Assembly: GCA_963743305.1 (NCBI GenBank)
Contig: CAVUPH010000043.1
Span: forward strand, 1-63,485
Origin: an uncultured delta proteobacterium
GTDB taxonomy: Bacteria > Desulfobacterota > RBG-13-43-22
Length of the DNA: 63,485 bases
Direction of reading: 5' to 3'
A program made the position numbers and the translations under genes. Of this stretch, positions 52,039-62,204 are shown one piece after another (position 1 is the first letter of the stretch; each line of letters starts with the position of its first letter). Below the pieces are notes generated by a model, which was not told the origin of the DNA, did not search any database, and worked only from the letters and a program-made list of their open reading frames with translations.

Positions 52039-52919
52039 TCAGTCGCACTTCTGTTCTTCTTTACAGACGCCTTCGTCGGTGGAGGGATTGAATAAGGTAT
52101 TCGGCCCCCCCAAGGGCGGAAAAGACCACACCGATCCGAAATCTACGGATTTTGAATTGGATTCCTTTTTTATGGCAGGGACGTCCGCCACAGAAGGGAT
52201 GGACTTCCCTGGTGATTGACAGGCGGCGAGGTAGCGGCGAATGGCCTCCTTGCCGGTCAGAATGAGCTTTTCGTACTTCCCGTTCACGAAGAGCGTGGGC
52301 ACGGTGTCCACGCCCAGGTTCCTAAGCGTCGCCGTATATTCCTTGACGAGCACCGGAGTGATATCGAGCTTGTGTCTTATCGATCTCTTCCTTGATCTCC
52401 GAGCAGTGCCGGCATTCCGGGCTGTAAAACAGTATCATTTTCTTATCGGTAAGCAGCGCCGTGCCCCGGGGCGGGAGGACGAGCCCGACAAAACGCAGGA
52501 CCGCCGCGAAGGCAGCGAAGCCGGCCGCCGCCTCTTTCCAGCCCGCCACAGCCGCAGGAGGCCAAGGAAAACAAAGATAGCGCATACGCTTAAGCAGAGC
52601 AAGCAGACCTCCTGGAGCCAGAATACCTGGTAGCCGACGAAAAACCATTCGGCTGCCAGGGCCGCGATGAGGGCGAGGTTGATCATGGAGTCGAGCAGCC
52701 CGCTTCGTTTTCTTCGGTTCAAACCAGACAATAAGGCCAGGAAGGCCAGCGCCATAAAACCTACAAGGATCATCGAAAGATCGCCGAAACGGGAAAGCTG
52801 GGCCACGAGCCCGCACCCTTCAGAGACACAAATGCTCCTTTCGAACACCTGAAGCCCTGCTTCCACCAACAGATAAAGTGCGCCCAGGACGCTTACGACA
52901 AAAAAAATGCTCGTACTAA
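52039..52919 (-). CDS. VKOR-like membrane domain fused to a thioredoxin-fold domain; two frameshifts, 5' end abuts IS1634
   Basis: Loop cysteines ICVSEGC, TM CLLC, then FYSPECRHC and VPTL pieced from ORFs 52435..52941, 52322..52816 and 52039..52353. Confidence 0.65.
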
Positions 52920-54933
52920 CCCAACTTTCGCGATTGGGCACTATTCAAGCTGTAACTATCTGAAAACAGGACCCTGGTCTTAAAAGGTCGGCACTACAAA
53001 CCGGGAGTTAATTAGGTAGGGACGACCCCTTGACTGCCAAGCACGGGGGCGGTTGTTGGGGCAAAGTCAGCTTCAGTTGATGGAGTAATAATTTTTGATC
53101 CTTGTCCGGTTGGGTATAACGGGAGAGAATAAACCGGCGGCCATCGGTAGTGGGCAGGTGGACATCCACCATCTGCTGGGCGGCGAATTTTTCCAGGATG
53201 GAGCGGGGGGTCAAGCCGGGGGCCTGTTGTTTCGCTTGGAATTTTAAGGTGACCTGAAGGCAGTAAGCCAGAAAGGCGACAAAGATGTGGGCCTCGATCC
53301 GGTTATCTGTTTGATGATAGATGGGACGGATGCTCAGGTCGCCCTTGAGTTCTTTGAAGGCCTGTTCCACTTCGGTCAGTTGGGTATAATACTCCCAGAG
53401 GTAAGCCGGATCCTGGTGGGTCAGATTGGAGCGCAGTAGATAACAGCCTTCACGGCGGAGAAGCTCCCGCAATTTTTCTTTGCGCAGTCGGAAGGTAAAG
53501 GTCTGCGGGTTGACTGGTTCTCCCGGTTTCGGCAGGATGAGGTCCACCAAGGCATAGACGCGACCGGCTTCCTTCTTGGCTGCGCCGATTTTAAGCAGCA
53601 GGGTATCGCGAGTGATCTTCTGCGACTGAAGTTCTTTCAGACGCTGCCACAGTTTTTTCAGACGGCGGCGGCGCATGGCCCGTTCTTTGTGGACCCGCCC
53701 GTCACTACGGGCCAGGACGTACAGTTCGCCCTCCCGGGGCAGCAACCGGACCTGGACCTCGTCCCGAATCTGTTGCCAGGGTTGGGTCAAGAAGGCTTGT
53801 TCGAGTTGGGTCAGTTTCCCCCGGGGGGTCCCGACCAGATAATAGATCGGCCGGGCACTGGTGCGCATGCCCTGCAGGATTTCTTCCGTGGGGATGCCAC
53901 GATCCATAACCCAGACGCGATCGGCTTGACCGTATTGGTTTTCAATCGATTCGAGGAAGTCGGCCAGGGTAGTTTTATCGCTGGTGTTGCCGGCCAGCAC
54001 TTCATAGGCCAGCGGGAACCCCTCCGGGGTCACGATGAGGGCCAGGACGATCTGCACACAATCCGATCGTTTATCCCGGCTGTACCCATATCGGCGTTTT
54101 CCCAGGCCGGGCGGATCGGACTCGAAGTAGGTGCTGGTCAGGTCGTAGAGCAGGATATCGAAGCGGGCCTGGAACAGGGTGGCCCAGCGTTGCGTGAGGT
54201 GTGAAAAGAGATCCTTTTTATGGGGTAGCAATTGGTCCAGACAGCGGTAGAGTTTGTCCTTGGAGATCACCTCCAGATCTTCGCCCAGCAAGTCTCCCAT
54301 GGCGCTGCGTTGATACCATTCCCGATGCAAGCGCCATTCGCTGCCGGGGGAAATCAGCCGGTAGCTAACCAGGGTTTTCAGAATGTTGAGCCAGCGGGTT
54401 TTCTTGCGACTGGGCGGCAATCGGGGGATCCAGAAACCATCGAGATCCAGCAGGTTCCAGAGTTGGCAGGCCAGCCAGCAGGCGCCCCATTGCCGTGGTC
54501 GATGCAGTTCCAGAGCGGACAAGTGAATCTGGACCGCTTCGCAGGCCAGTTCCGGTACCGCACGGTCTGCGGGGAACAGGGCCATCTGTTTTCCCTGCCG
54601 CTCTCCCTGCTGAATGACCTCAATGGTTTTGACCCAGGAGGCCTGCTGGCCGTCGTTGATCTCGCCGAGATAAAGAACGTGACGTTGGACAACCTGATTA
54701 TCCACCGTCCGATGATTTTCAACGATACTCCAGTAGCGGTGCTCTTTCCCGTCTTTGAAGCGTCGTTTGACTCGAAGAAACATGCCCCCAATTTACCGTA
54801 AACTATCGGCAAATCAAGGGGGTAGGTCGGCACTACAAGCGAATTTTGGAAATCCGACCACGTAATATCAGATAGTTAGACTGAAATATCGGCCCATTTT
54901 AGCCCAAATGGCATCTGAATCGCGAAAGTCGGG
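52920..54933 (-). mobile_element. IS1634-family insertion sequence, apparently complete (2014 bp)
   Basis: Terminal IRs CCCAACTTTCGCGATT (52920-52935) and CCCGACTTTCGCGATT (reverse complement of 54918-54933), 15/16 identical; flanks CTAA and CTAG. Confidence 0.88.
53008..54783 (-). CDS. IS1634-family DDE transposase
   Basis: LYDLTSTYFE, GYSRDKRSD, VMDRG, VEQAFKELK..RPIYHQ..RIEAHIFVAFLAY. Confidence 0.93.
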   Translation of the reverse strand: MFLRVKRRFKDGKEHRYWSIVENHRTVDNQVVQRHVLYLGEINDGQQASWVKTIEVIQQGERQGKQMALFPADRAVPELACEAVQIHLSALELHRPRQWGACWLACQLWNLLDLDGFWIPRLPPSRKKTRWLNILKTLVSYRLISPGSEWRLHREWYQRSAMGDLLGEDLEVISKDKLYRCLDQLLPHKKDLFSHLTQRWATLFQARFDILLYDLTSTYFESDPPGLGKRRYGYSRDKRSDCVQIVLALIVTPEGFPLAYEVLAGNTSDKTTLADFLESIENQYGQADRVWVMDRGIPTEEILQGMRTSARPIYYLVGTPRGKLTQLEQAFLTQPWQQIRDEVQVRLLPREGELYVLARSDGRVHKERAMRRRRLKKLWQRLKELQSQKITRDTLLLKIGAAKKEAGRVYALVDLILPKPGEPVNPQTFTFRLRKEKLRELLRREGCYLLRSNLTHQDPAYLWEYYTQLTEVEQAFKELKGDLSIRPIYHQTDNRIEAHIFVAFLAYCLQVTLKFQAKQQAPGLTPRSILEKFAAQQMVDVHLPTTDGRRFILSRYTQPDKDQKLLLHQLKLTLPQQPPPCLAVKGSSLPN

Positions 54934-54967
54934 CTAGGACGCGCCGGGCGCCTTTTGCTTGGAAAGG

Positions 54968-55270
54968 TTATAGCGCGGAAGCTGTGGGCGTGGAAACAGG
55001 CCTGAGGAGCACCAGCGTGGCACCCCAGCCCCCTCCCTCCTCGCCGGCCAAACGATAAGAAGCGACCCCGGGCTGTTTTCTAAGAACGGCGTGCACGATA
55101 TCCCGCAAGGCCCCGGTGCCTTTGCCGTGAATAATGCGCACCTGGTAGATGCCCTTTTCACGACAGGCCGTCAGGTAATCGGGAATTAAGGTTTTGACCT
55201 CCCGGGGAGGAAAGGTATGCAGGTCCAGAACGCCGTCGATGGGAAGTTCAATCGGCTTTGAATGGGTCAT
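54968..55270 (-). CDS. Smr-domain protein
   Basis: LDLHTF, IIHGKGTG.LR, GGWGAT. Confidence 0.9.
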   Translation of the reverse strand: MTHSKPIELPIDGVLDLHTFPPREVKTLIPDYLTACREKGIYQVRIIHGKGTGALRDIVHAVLRKQPGVASYRLAGEEGGGWGATLVLLRPVSTPTASAL

Positions 55271-55314
55271 GATTTAAGGGCTCTGGTCTTTCATTCAGGT
55301 CTTTTTCTTATTGC

Positions 55315-56448
55315 CTATCTCCTATCCAGAGCCCTGGCCAGATCCTCCATTAGATCTTCGGGGTGCTCGATGCCGACCGACAGTCGGAACAAGGAGTCGG
55401 AAATGCCGATCCGCTTTCTTTCGGCGGCTGAGATCTTGGCATGGGAGGTGACCGCCGGGGCGCAGATGGTCGATTCCACGCCGCCGAGGCTGACGGCCGG
55501 CTTGATCAATTGCAGGCGCCGAAGGAATTGGGAGGAGGCTATCTTGTTTTCATCCAATTCAAAGGAAAGCATACCCCCAAAGGCCTGCATTTGGGCTTGG
55601 GCCAGGGAGTGGCCCGGAGCGGTCTTCAGCCCGGGATAAAAAACGCGGGTTACCCCCGCCTGCCGCTCCAGGAACTCCGCCAGGCGCTGGGCGTTTTCGG
55701 ACTGGCGGCCGACCCTCAGCGAGAGCGTCTTGAGGCTCCGTTCCAGCAGGTAGGCGCTGTTGGCATCCAGACTGCCGCCCAGGTTCCGGGCCAGGTCCCG
55801 CACGCGCGCGGCCTTTTCGGCCGAGGTCACCACCACCCCGCAGCAAAGATCACTGTGACCCCCCAGGTACTTGGTCCCGCTATGGACCACCACGTCGACT
55901 CCCATGGTCAAGGGGTTCTGATTTATGGGGGTAGCAAAGGTGTTGTCGATGATCGTGGTGATGCCCCGCTCCCGGGCCAAGGCCGCTACGCGGCGAATGT
56001 CGACTAGACCGAGGAGGGGATTGGTAGGGGATTCGATCACGATCACCCGGGTCCGTTCGGTGGAGGACCGCACGATGGCTTCAGCTTCGGTCGGCGCGAA
56101 GGCGTAATCGATGTTCAGCCGCTTGAACTCATTCGTAGCGATGGCGTGGGTCCCGCCGTACAGTTCATCCATCAGGACCACGTGGTCCCCGGCGCCGGCA
56201 AAGGCCAGGATAGCCGTGCTCATGGCCGCCATGCCGGAACTGAAGAGGACTCCGTCCTCGCCTCCCTCCAGGGCGCACATCTTTCGAACCACCGCTTCCT
56301 GATTGGGGGTGTTGAAATAGCGCGGATAGGGACATTCCTCCCGGTCCAGATATTCATAGGAGGAGGAGGTGAAAATCGGCGTGTTCAGGCCCCGGGTGAT
56401 GGGGTCCCGGTAGCCGCCGCTGTGGATGCACTGCGTTTCTCGTTTCAT
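55315..56448 (-). CDS. PLP-dependent Cys/Met metabolism lyase (cystathionine/methionine gamma-lyase family)
   Basis: FSSGMAA, YGGT, ESPTNP, DNTFATP, HSGTKYLGGHSD, SLGGVES, RLSVGIE. Confidence 0.92.
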   Translation of the reverse strand: MKRETQCIHSGGYRDPITRGLNTPIFTSSSYEYLDREECPYPRYFNTPNQEAVVRKMCALEGGEDGVLFSSGMAAMSTAILAFAGAGDHVVLMDELYGGTHAIATNEFKRLNIDYAFAPTEAEAIVRSSTERTRVIVIESPTNPLLGLVDIRRVAALARERGITTIIDNTFATPINQNPLTMGVDVVVHSGTKYLGGHSDLCCGVVVTSAEKAARVRDLARNLGGSLDANSAYLLERSLKTLSLRVGRQSENAQRLAEFLERQAGVTRVFYPGLKTAPGHSLAQAQMQAFGGMLSFELDENKIASSQFLRRLQLIKPAVSLGGVESTICAPAVTSHAKISAAERKRIGISDSLFRLSVGIEHPEDLMEDLARALDRR

Positions 56449-56450
56449 GG

Positions 56451-56802
56451 TTAATCCAGTTCCTTTTTCTTCTCCAAATATTCTTCCTTATTGATCTCTT
56501 CCCGGGCATATCGTTTTTTCAGGATATCCAGGGCCGATTCCGCTGCCGGCCCTGCCTCCTGCCCGGTCCCTTTCGAAGTCCGGATCCCTCGGATCAGCAG
56601 GACGATCACGAGGATGATCAAAACCCAGAAAAGGATCATCCCCAACGGCCCAAACCAGCCCATAGTCCCCCCAGCCCATCAGGCCCGGGCCCCAGCCGCA
56701 ATAGGAACGGTAGTCGGCCGAGGCCGCCGCCGGCCATGATCCGAATCCGAGGGAGGCCAGGAAACACACCAACATCCACCCCTTGAACGTTATCCTCTTC
56801 AT
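56451..56802 (-). CDS. SHOCT-domain membrane protein; frameshift near 56665
   Basis: Signal-like N-terminus, Gly/Met/Trp-rich segment, TM helix, ALDILKKRYAREEINKEEY. Confidence 0.8.
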
Positions 56803-56877
56803 GATTGAGTAGCTCCTTTCCCCGAAAAATTTGGCTTCGGTTAACAGTGACGGGTCTCGTTAATAATGCCTACCCTT

Positions 56878-56916
56878 CCCCTCTCCCCCGGTGGGGGGAG
56901 ACGTCCGGGTGAGGGG
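56878..56916. repeat. REP-like palindrome (CCCCTCACCC...CTCCCC-N-GGGGAGAGGGG type)
   Basis: Nested inverted repeat in intergenic DNA; related to 5476-5500. Confidence 0.55.
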
Positions 56917-56989
56917 AAAATTTCAAATACCCCTGGCAGGCATTTTAGAAACTTTAAACCGGAAATACAAGATCACTCTTGGATCCCCG

Positions 56990-57230
56990 GCCAGCCTTCC
57001 TTGCGGAAAGGCCACAAAAGGATTGATTCCCACATTGATTTTGTAGAATTATTCCGAAAGATGGAATAGAATTATCCACGCTGGATATCCGATAAAATCG
57101 AAATAGAGATTGTTGTCCCAAGTACGCCATATTCATAAAGAAAACCGGGGAACCTATGGATCTCGTCGGATGTCAAAAGCGCTGAAGGCCGCGTGCTGCG
57201 CCGTGGACCGCTTTTGGGGACGAAGTCCCG
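56990..57230 (+). pseudogene. Degenerate IS3-family OrfB fragment
   Basis: 57107 onward translates to RLLSQVRHIHKENRGTYGSRRMSKALK, the TYGxRR motif of IS3 transposases; boundaries approximate. Confidence 0.65.
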
Positions 57231-57276
57231 GCGCACTAGGAACCGGCGGATTACCCTTTCATAAATAGAGAGATTT

Positions 57277-57522
57277 ATGAGTAAGGTTATAAACCCTGAA
57301 GAACTTGGTCCGACCTATAGACGTGAGGACCTCAGTCTGGAAGTCGGCGGCAAGAATTCTGAGTCTCACCAAATTGATAGGGGGTTGGTCGCGATGTTCC
57401 TTAAGCTGTCGCCGGAGGAACGTTTGCGAGCCAATGATAACGCGGCACGCACCATTCTGGAGTTGAGAAATGCCTACCAGCAGCAAAAAAACAACCGGGA
57501 TAGATCTAAGCGCGCTACTTGA
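57277..57522 (+). CDS. Small protein (D..L....LKLSPEERL type), putative antitoxin
   Basis: 81 aa, overlaps the downstream nucleotidyltransferase. Confidence 0.6.
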   Translation: MSKVINPEELGPTYRREDLSLEVGGKNSESHQIDRGLVAMFLKLSPEERLRANDNAARTILELRNAYQQQKNNRDRSKRAT

Positions 57523-57979
57523 AGGACTCCTCGAGGCAGGCGTCAAGTTTATTCTTGTGGGGGGCCTGGCCGCTGTGGTACAGGGCGCTCCAATTACCAC
57601 GATGGATGTAGATATCGTACCGGACCGGTCTTCCGAGAATATTACTAAACTGCTGGCCTTTCTAAAAAAGATCGACGCTTTACATCGTCGCCCGGACGAC
57701 ATCGTCATAGAGCCAAAGGAGAACGATTTTTCAGGGAAAGGCCATGCGCTCCTTACGACCCGCTTAGGGCCTCTTGATATTTTGGCGGTAATTGAGGAGG
57801 GAAAAGCCTATGAAGACCTCCTTGACCACGCCGTAGATATTGAGTTTAGAGATCATACGATCCGGGTTCTCGAGCTTAAGAGGCTAGTTGAACTCAAGAA
57901 AACCTCTCGGGATTCCAAAGACAAACAGCGGCTCCCCGTCCTGGAAGAAACACTGCGACAATTGGAGGAGGAGGGTTGA
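57470..57979 (+). CDS. Nucleotidyltransferase-superfamily protein (DUF6036/AbiEii-like)
   Basis: FILVGGLA..G...TMDVDI; C-terminal LVELKK..RDSKD. Confidence 0.8.
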   Translation: MPTSSKKTTGIDLSALLEGLLEAGVKFILVGGLAAVVQGAPITTMDVDIVPDRSSENITKLLAFLKKIDALHRRPDDIVIEPKENDFSGKGHALLTTRLGPLDILAVIEEGKAYEDLLDHAVDIEFRDHTIRVLELKRLVELKKTSRDSKDKQRLPVLEETLRQLEEEG

Positions 57980-58138
57980 GGGGATGAAAAGGTACGTTGG
58001 ACAGTCGTTTTGAACGGCGGCCGAGTCGATATCTTTTTATAATATTAGCCAGGTCCAGTGAACGAAGTCAGGCGATTACTCTTAGAGAGTACCCGTTCCC
58101 CAAAGCATCTAACCAGGAATAGTTTTATCAGGATAGCG

Positions 58139-58363
58139 TCAGCCCTTATAGGATCTGTCATAATGGGGACTTTTATAGAAGTCACATTGCATACAGTTTG
58201 CCACTTTATGGGCGAAAGTTCCTTGTACCTGGCCGCCGCACAAGGTGCCGGCTATGCGGGCGCAGTGCTTCCCGTGATCCGGATAGGCGGCACAAACGCC
58301 CAGTTCTTTCGCCCGGGCTCCACCGCGTTCGCGACCGCATTTCTTGAATTCCCAGCAATTCAT
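58139..58363 (-). CDS. Small cysteine-rich two-CW-domain-like protein
   Basis: MNCWEFKKCGRE..GVC..C..IAGTLCGG..QG..NCMQCDFY; seven Cys; RBS AAGGA upstream. Confidence 0.75.
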   Translation of the reverse strand: MNCWEFKKCGRERGGARAKELGVCAAYPDHGKHCARIAGTLCGGQVQGTFAHKVANCMQCDFYKSPHYDRSYKG

Positions 58364-58446
58364 CAAATGATTTCCTTTCATCAGGGCTATGCTATACCTT
58401 TGGTATCGGTCGCCAAGAAAAGAACCTTTAATCCAAGGACCTGCTA

Positions 58447-59579
58447 ATGGAATATCCGCTTTACGCCACCTGCCCCGATGAACTGACGGGCCTTTTGGCC
58501 AAAGAAATCGTTGTCCTGGGAGGAACCGCGGTACGGACCGCCTACCGGGTGGTATACTTTTCCGGGTCGAAAGAAGTCTTTTACCGGGTGCACCTGCACT
58601 CCCGCTTGGCCAGTCGGATTTACCGGATTTTAAAAGAAATCCCGGCCCACTCCCCGACCATCATCTTCGACAAGGCCAAGAAGATTCGATTTCACGAGCT
58701 CTTTTCCGACCGGCAGGCGGTCAGCATCACCGTGGTCGCAGCCAACGAGGAAAGTTCGATTCCCACCCATCTGATCGGCAGTAAACTGCGTGAGGCCATC
58801 AATGACTGCTTTCAACACCACCTGAAGATCACCCCCAATCAAAGCTCCTGGGACGCCGTCATCGGGATCACCGGCTATTTCCATCATAAACGGCTGATGG
58901 TCAGCGTCGATACTTCCCTGGAGAGCCTGCACCGGCGGGGATTCCGCGTGGAGGGCCATCCGGCCCCTTTGAAGGAAACGCTGGCCGCGACCCTGTTGGC
59001 GGTTTGCGAATACGACGGGACCACCGCTTTCTTCGATCCCATGTGCGGCAGTGGCACGATTGTGCTCGAAGCGGCCTTGATAGCCGTTAATCGGGCTCCA
59101 GGGATTCTAAGAAAAAGGGCGGGTTCGGCTTTGAACACCTGCTCGATTTTGATTCCGGGGTTTGGCAGGCCGTTCGGGACAAGGCGCTGGCGGCAGAGCG
59201 GCCCGCGCCGGCGGGGATATTTGCTTCCGATATCGATCCCCAATTTATCAAGATCGCTCAAAAAACCGCCGCCAATGCCCGGTTGGAAACCGTGGTTCGG
59301 TTCGAGACCCAAGACTTCTTTCAGACAGAAAAGCCGGCGGAGAGCGGACTCTTGATCTCCAATATCCCTTACGGTGTCCGCATGACGGAAGAAGAGGTGA
59401 CCCCCGAATTTTTGCGGGCCATCGGTGATCACCTCAAAAATCACTTTAAAGGCTGGCGCTGCGGGATTCTCGCACCCACCTCAGCGCCCTTGAAGGAAAT
59501 CGGCCTGAAACCTAATAAACAGGCGCCGTTTCTGAACGGCACCGTTCCCGTCAAACTCGTTGTTTTTGATATTTATTAA
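58447..59579 (+). CDS. THUMP-domain RNA methyltransferase (RlmL/YpsC-like); frameshift near 59115
   Basis: LHRRGFR..APLKETLAA, DPMCGSGT, ISNIPYG. Confidence 0.85.
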
Positions 59580-59587
59580 CATGGGAA

Positions 59588-60169
59588 TTGGTCATGATTC
59601 GTTGTGAATGGTGTGGCCGGGACCCTCTCTATCTCTCGTATCACGACGACGAATGGGGGGTGCCCGTTCACGACGATCGGCGTCTTTTCGAAATGCTGAT
59701 TCTCGAGGGAATGCAGGCCGGCCTGAGCTGGTTGACGATCCTCCGGAAAAGGGAGCAATATCGGCGGGCCTTTCAGGGTTTCGACATCGAGCGAGTGGCT
59801 GCCTATTCCGAGGGCGAGGTGCAGCGCCTATTGGCTGATGCAGGCATCGTGCGCAACCGGCTGAAGATAGAAGCGGCCATCAGGAACGCGCAAGGGGTTT
59901 TGGACATACTGGAGTCGTTTGGTTCTTTCGATTCGTTTATCTGGCGGTATGTCGATCGCGCCCCCAGGCAGAATACCTGGAAATCCCTGGCCGAATTGCC
60001 GAGCCGAACTGACCTTTCTGACAGGATGAGCAGGGACCTCAAGAAACGGAGGTTCAACTTTGTCGGCCCAACGATTTGTTACGCCTTTATGCAAGCCGTC
60101 GGAATGGTCAACGACCACACGGTCGATTGTTTTAGATATAAAGAGGTGAGGAAGATCGCCCGACAATAA
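59588..60169 (+). CDS. tag: DNA-3-methyladenine glycosylase I
   Basis: RCEW, YHDDEWG, QAGLSW, IVRNRLKI, FVGPTI, NDH...C. Confidence 0.95.
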   Translation: MVMIRCEWCGRDPLYLSYHDDEWGVPVHDDRRLFEMLILEGMQAGLSWLTILRKREQYRRAFQGFDIERVAAYSEGEVQRLLADAGIVRNRLKIEAAIRNAQGVLDILESFGSFDSFIWRYVDRAPRQNTWKSLAELPSRTDLSDRMSRDLKKRRFNFVGPTICYAFMQAVGMVNDHTVDCFRYKEVRKIARQ

Positions 60170-60192
60170 AATGAAAGGAAAGGAGTTAGCGC

Positions 60193-60971
60193 ATGAGCTA
60201 CGAAAACATCCTGGTGAAAATCGGAGAGGATTTTGTTGCGGAATTAACCCTTAATCGGCCCAATAACCTGAATACCTTTAATATTCCTCTGGCAACGGAG
60301 CTTAATCAGGCCCTATTGGAACTCGACGCGGAAAAGCAGGTCCGTGTAATTCTCCTTAAAGGAGCTGGCAAGGCCTTTTGTGCCGGCATCGATGCAGCGA
60401 TTTTTTCAATAAGAGCGTCAGCGAGTATCGTGACTGGATAGAATGTATGGAGAATCCGCTGGTCACCATCAGCCGCCTCAAAAAACCGGTTATTGCCCAA
60501 GTCCAGGGAGTTGCGGCGGCCAATGGGGCCGGTCTAGTCGCCGCCGCCGACCTGGCCGTGGCCGGTGAAAAGGCGCGCCTGGGTCTGACGGCCATCAACG
60601 TGGGACTTAACTGCATCGGGCCGGTAGTCCCGGTAACCCGGTCCATCGGGAGAAAGCGTGCGCTCGAATTACTGTTCTACGGTAATTTGATTTCAGCCCA
60701 GGAAGCCTTGGCCATGGGGCTGGTCAACAAAATCATCCCGGAAGCCGATCTGGAAAAGGAAACCCGCCACTGGGCGGCAACTCTGGCCCAAAAGAGTCCG
60801 GTGGGGGTGCAGATCGCCAAGAAGGCCTTCTATGCGGCCGCGGATCTGGATTATTATAAAGCCTTCGAATATATGAACGAGGCGTTCGCCCGTCTTTGTT
60901 CTTCCGAAGATGCCAGGGAAGGGGTAAGTGCCTTTCTGGAGAAAAGAAATCCAGTCTGGGAAGAGAAATAG
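60193..60971 (+). CDS. Enoyl-CoA hydratase/isomerase-family protein; frameshift near 60395
   Basis: LTLNRP, AFCAGID, KPVIAQV.G, DAREGVSAFLEKR. Confidence 0.88.
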
Positions 60972-61085
60972 AAACAGCCTCGCAGTCAAAGAAGGTTGAG
61001 GCTGACTCAATCTGAGCGCCGATTTGCTCGGAAAGCTATTTTCCCATTTGAATTCACTAAATTTTTCACAAAAGGAGAGAAATCA

Positions 61086-62075
61086 GTGAAAAATTTAGAC
61101 CTGAAAAGCTTTCGTTTCCGGGGTCTTCATCCCCATATTTTCATCGGCACGGCCAGCGACCGCTACGCGGGCTGGATCGGCCAGATCTATTCCGCGGAAA
61201 AGTACCAGGGCCGGATCACGCACCGGTCCCATACCGTGGGTGGGAAAGTTTACCGGGATGAAGTCGTGCCGGTGGACAGCGTCCGGGAGTATTTCGAGCA
61301 CTTTTCCATTCTGGAACTCGACTACACCTTTTATCGACCGCTGCTGACGCCGGACGGAGAACCCACCTCGAACTACCATGTTCTAAGAAATTATACCCAT
61401 TATCTGGGAAAAAATGATCGGGTCATCTTAAAGGTGCCTCAAGAAGTCTGCGCCCTTAAGGTCCGCCAGGGAAACGAGACGGTCGCCAACCCCCACTACT
61501 TAAATTCTCGCGTATTCCTGGACCAGTTCTACCTCCCGGCGAATAAATTATTAGGATCAAATCTGGCGGGGATGGTCTTTGAACAGGAGTATCAGCGTAA
61601 AGAAGACCGGATACCCATCTCTCAACTGGCCTCCGGATGGGACGCCTTCTTTGAAGCCCTTCCCCGGGATACCCGGCACCACTGGAGCTGAGGACCGAAG
61701 CCTATGTGGTTCCCGCCCGTATTCGAGGTCTTGGAAAAGCACGGGGTCGGTCAGGTCCTGTCGCACTGGACCTGGCTGCCGCCCTTAAGCCGGCAAGTGG
61801 CGCGGGCCGGCGGCCGCTGGGTCACCGCCGGCCGGGTGGGTCTGGTTCGCCTGATGACCCCCATCGGCAAACGCTACGAAGACGCTTTCGCTCAAGCCCA
61901 TCCTTTCGATAAACTCGTGGAGGGGATGCTCAGTCCGGGCCTGGTCCAGGACACCGTGGCGTTGATGAAACGGGCTGCCGAGAGGGAACTGGACCTTTAC
62001 CTGATCATCAACAACCGGGCCGGCGGAAATGCCCCGTTGATCGCCCAGGGAATCGCCCGGGAATTCCTACGCTGA
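61086..62075 (+). CDS. DUF72-family protein; frameshift near 61680
   Basis: IGTAS..Y.GW, ELDYTFY, KVPQ, INNRAGGNAP; GTG start after RBS AGGAG. Confidence 0.8.
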
Positions 62076-62204
62076 ATTTTTTCCTTAGGGGCGTGGAGCA
62101 ACCGCCAAAATTATAAAAACATCAATAAGTTGACAGGGAAAGTCCTTAGGGTATAATAAAATAATTGAAAAACAAAGCCGGTGATAGAATATGAAAGCGA
62201 ATAA

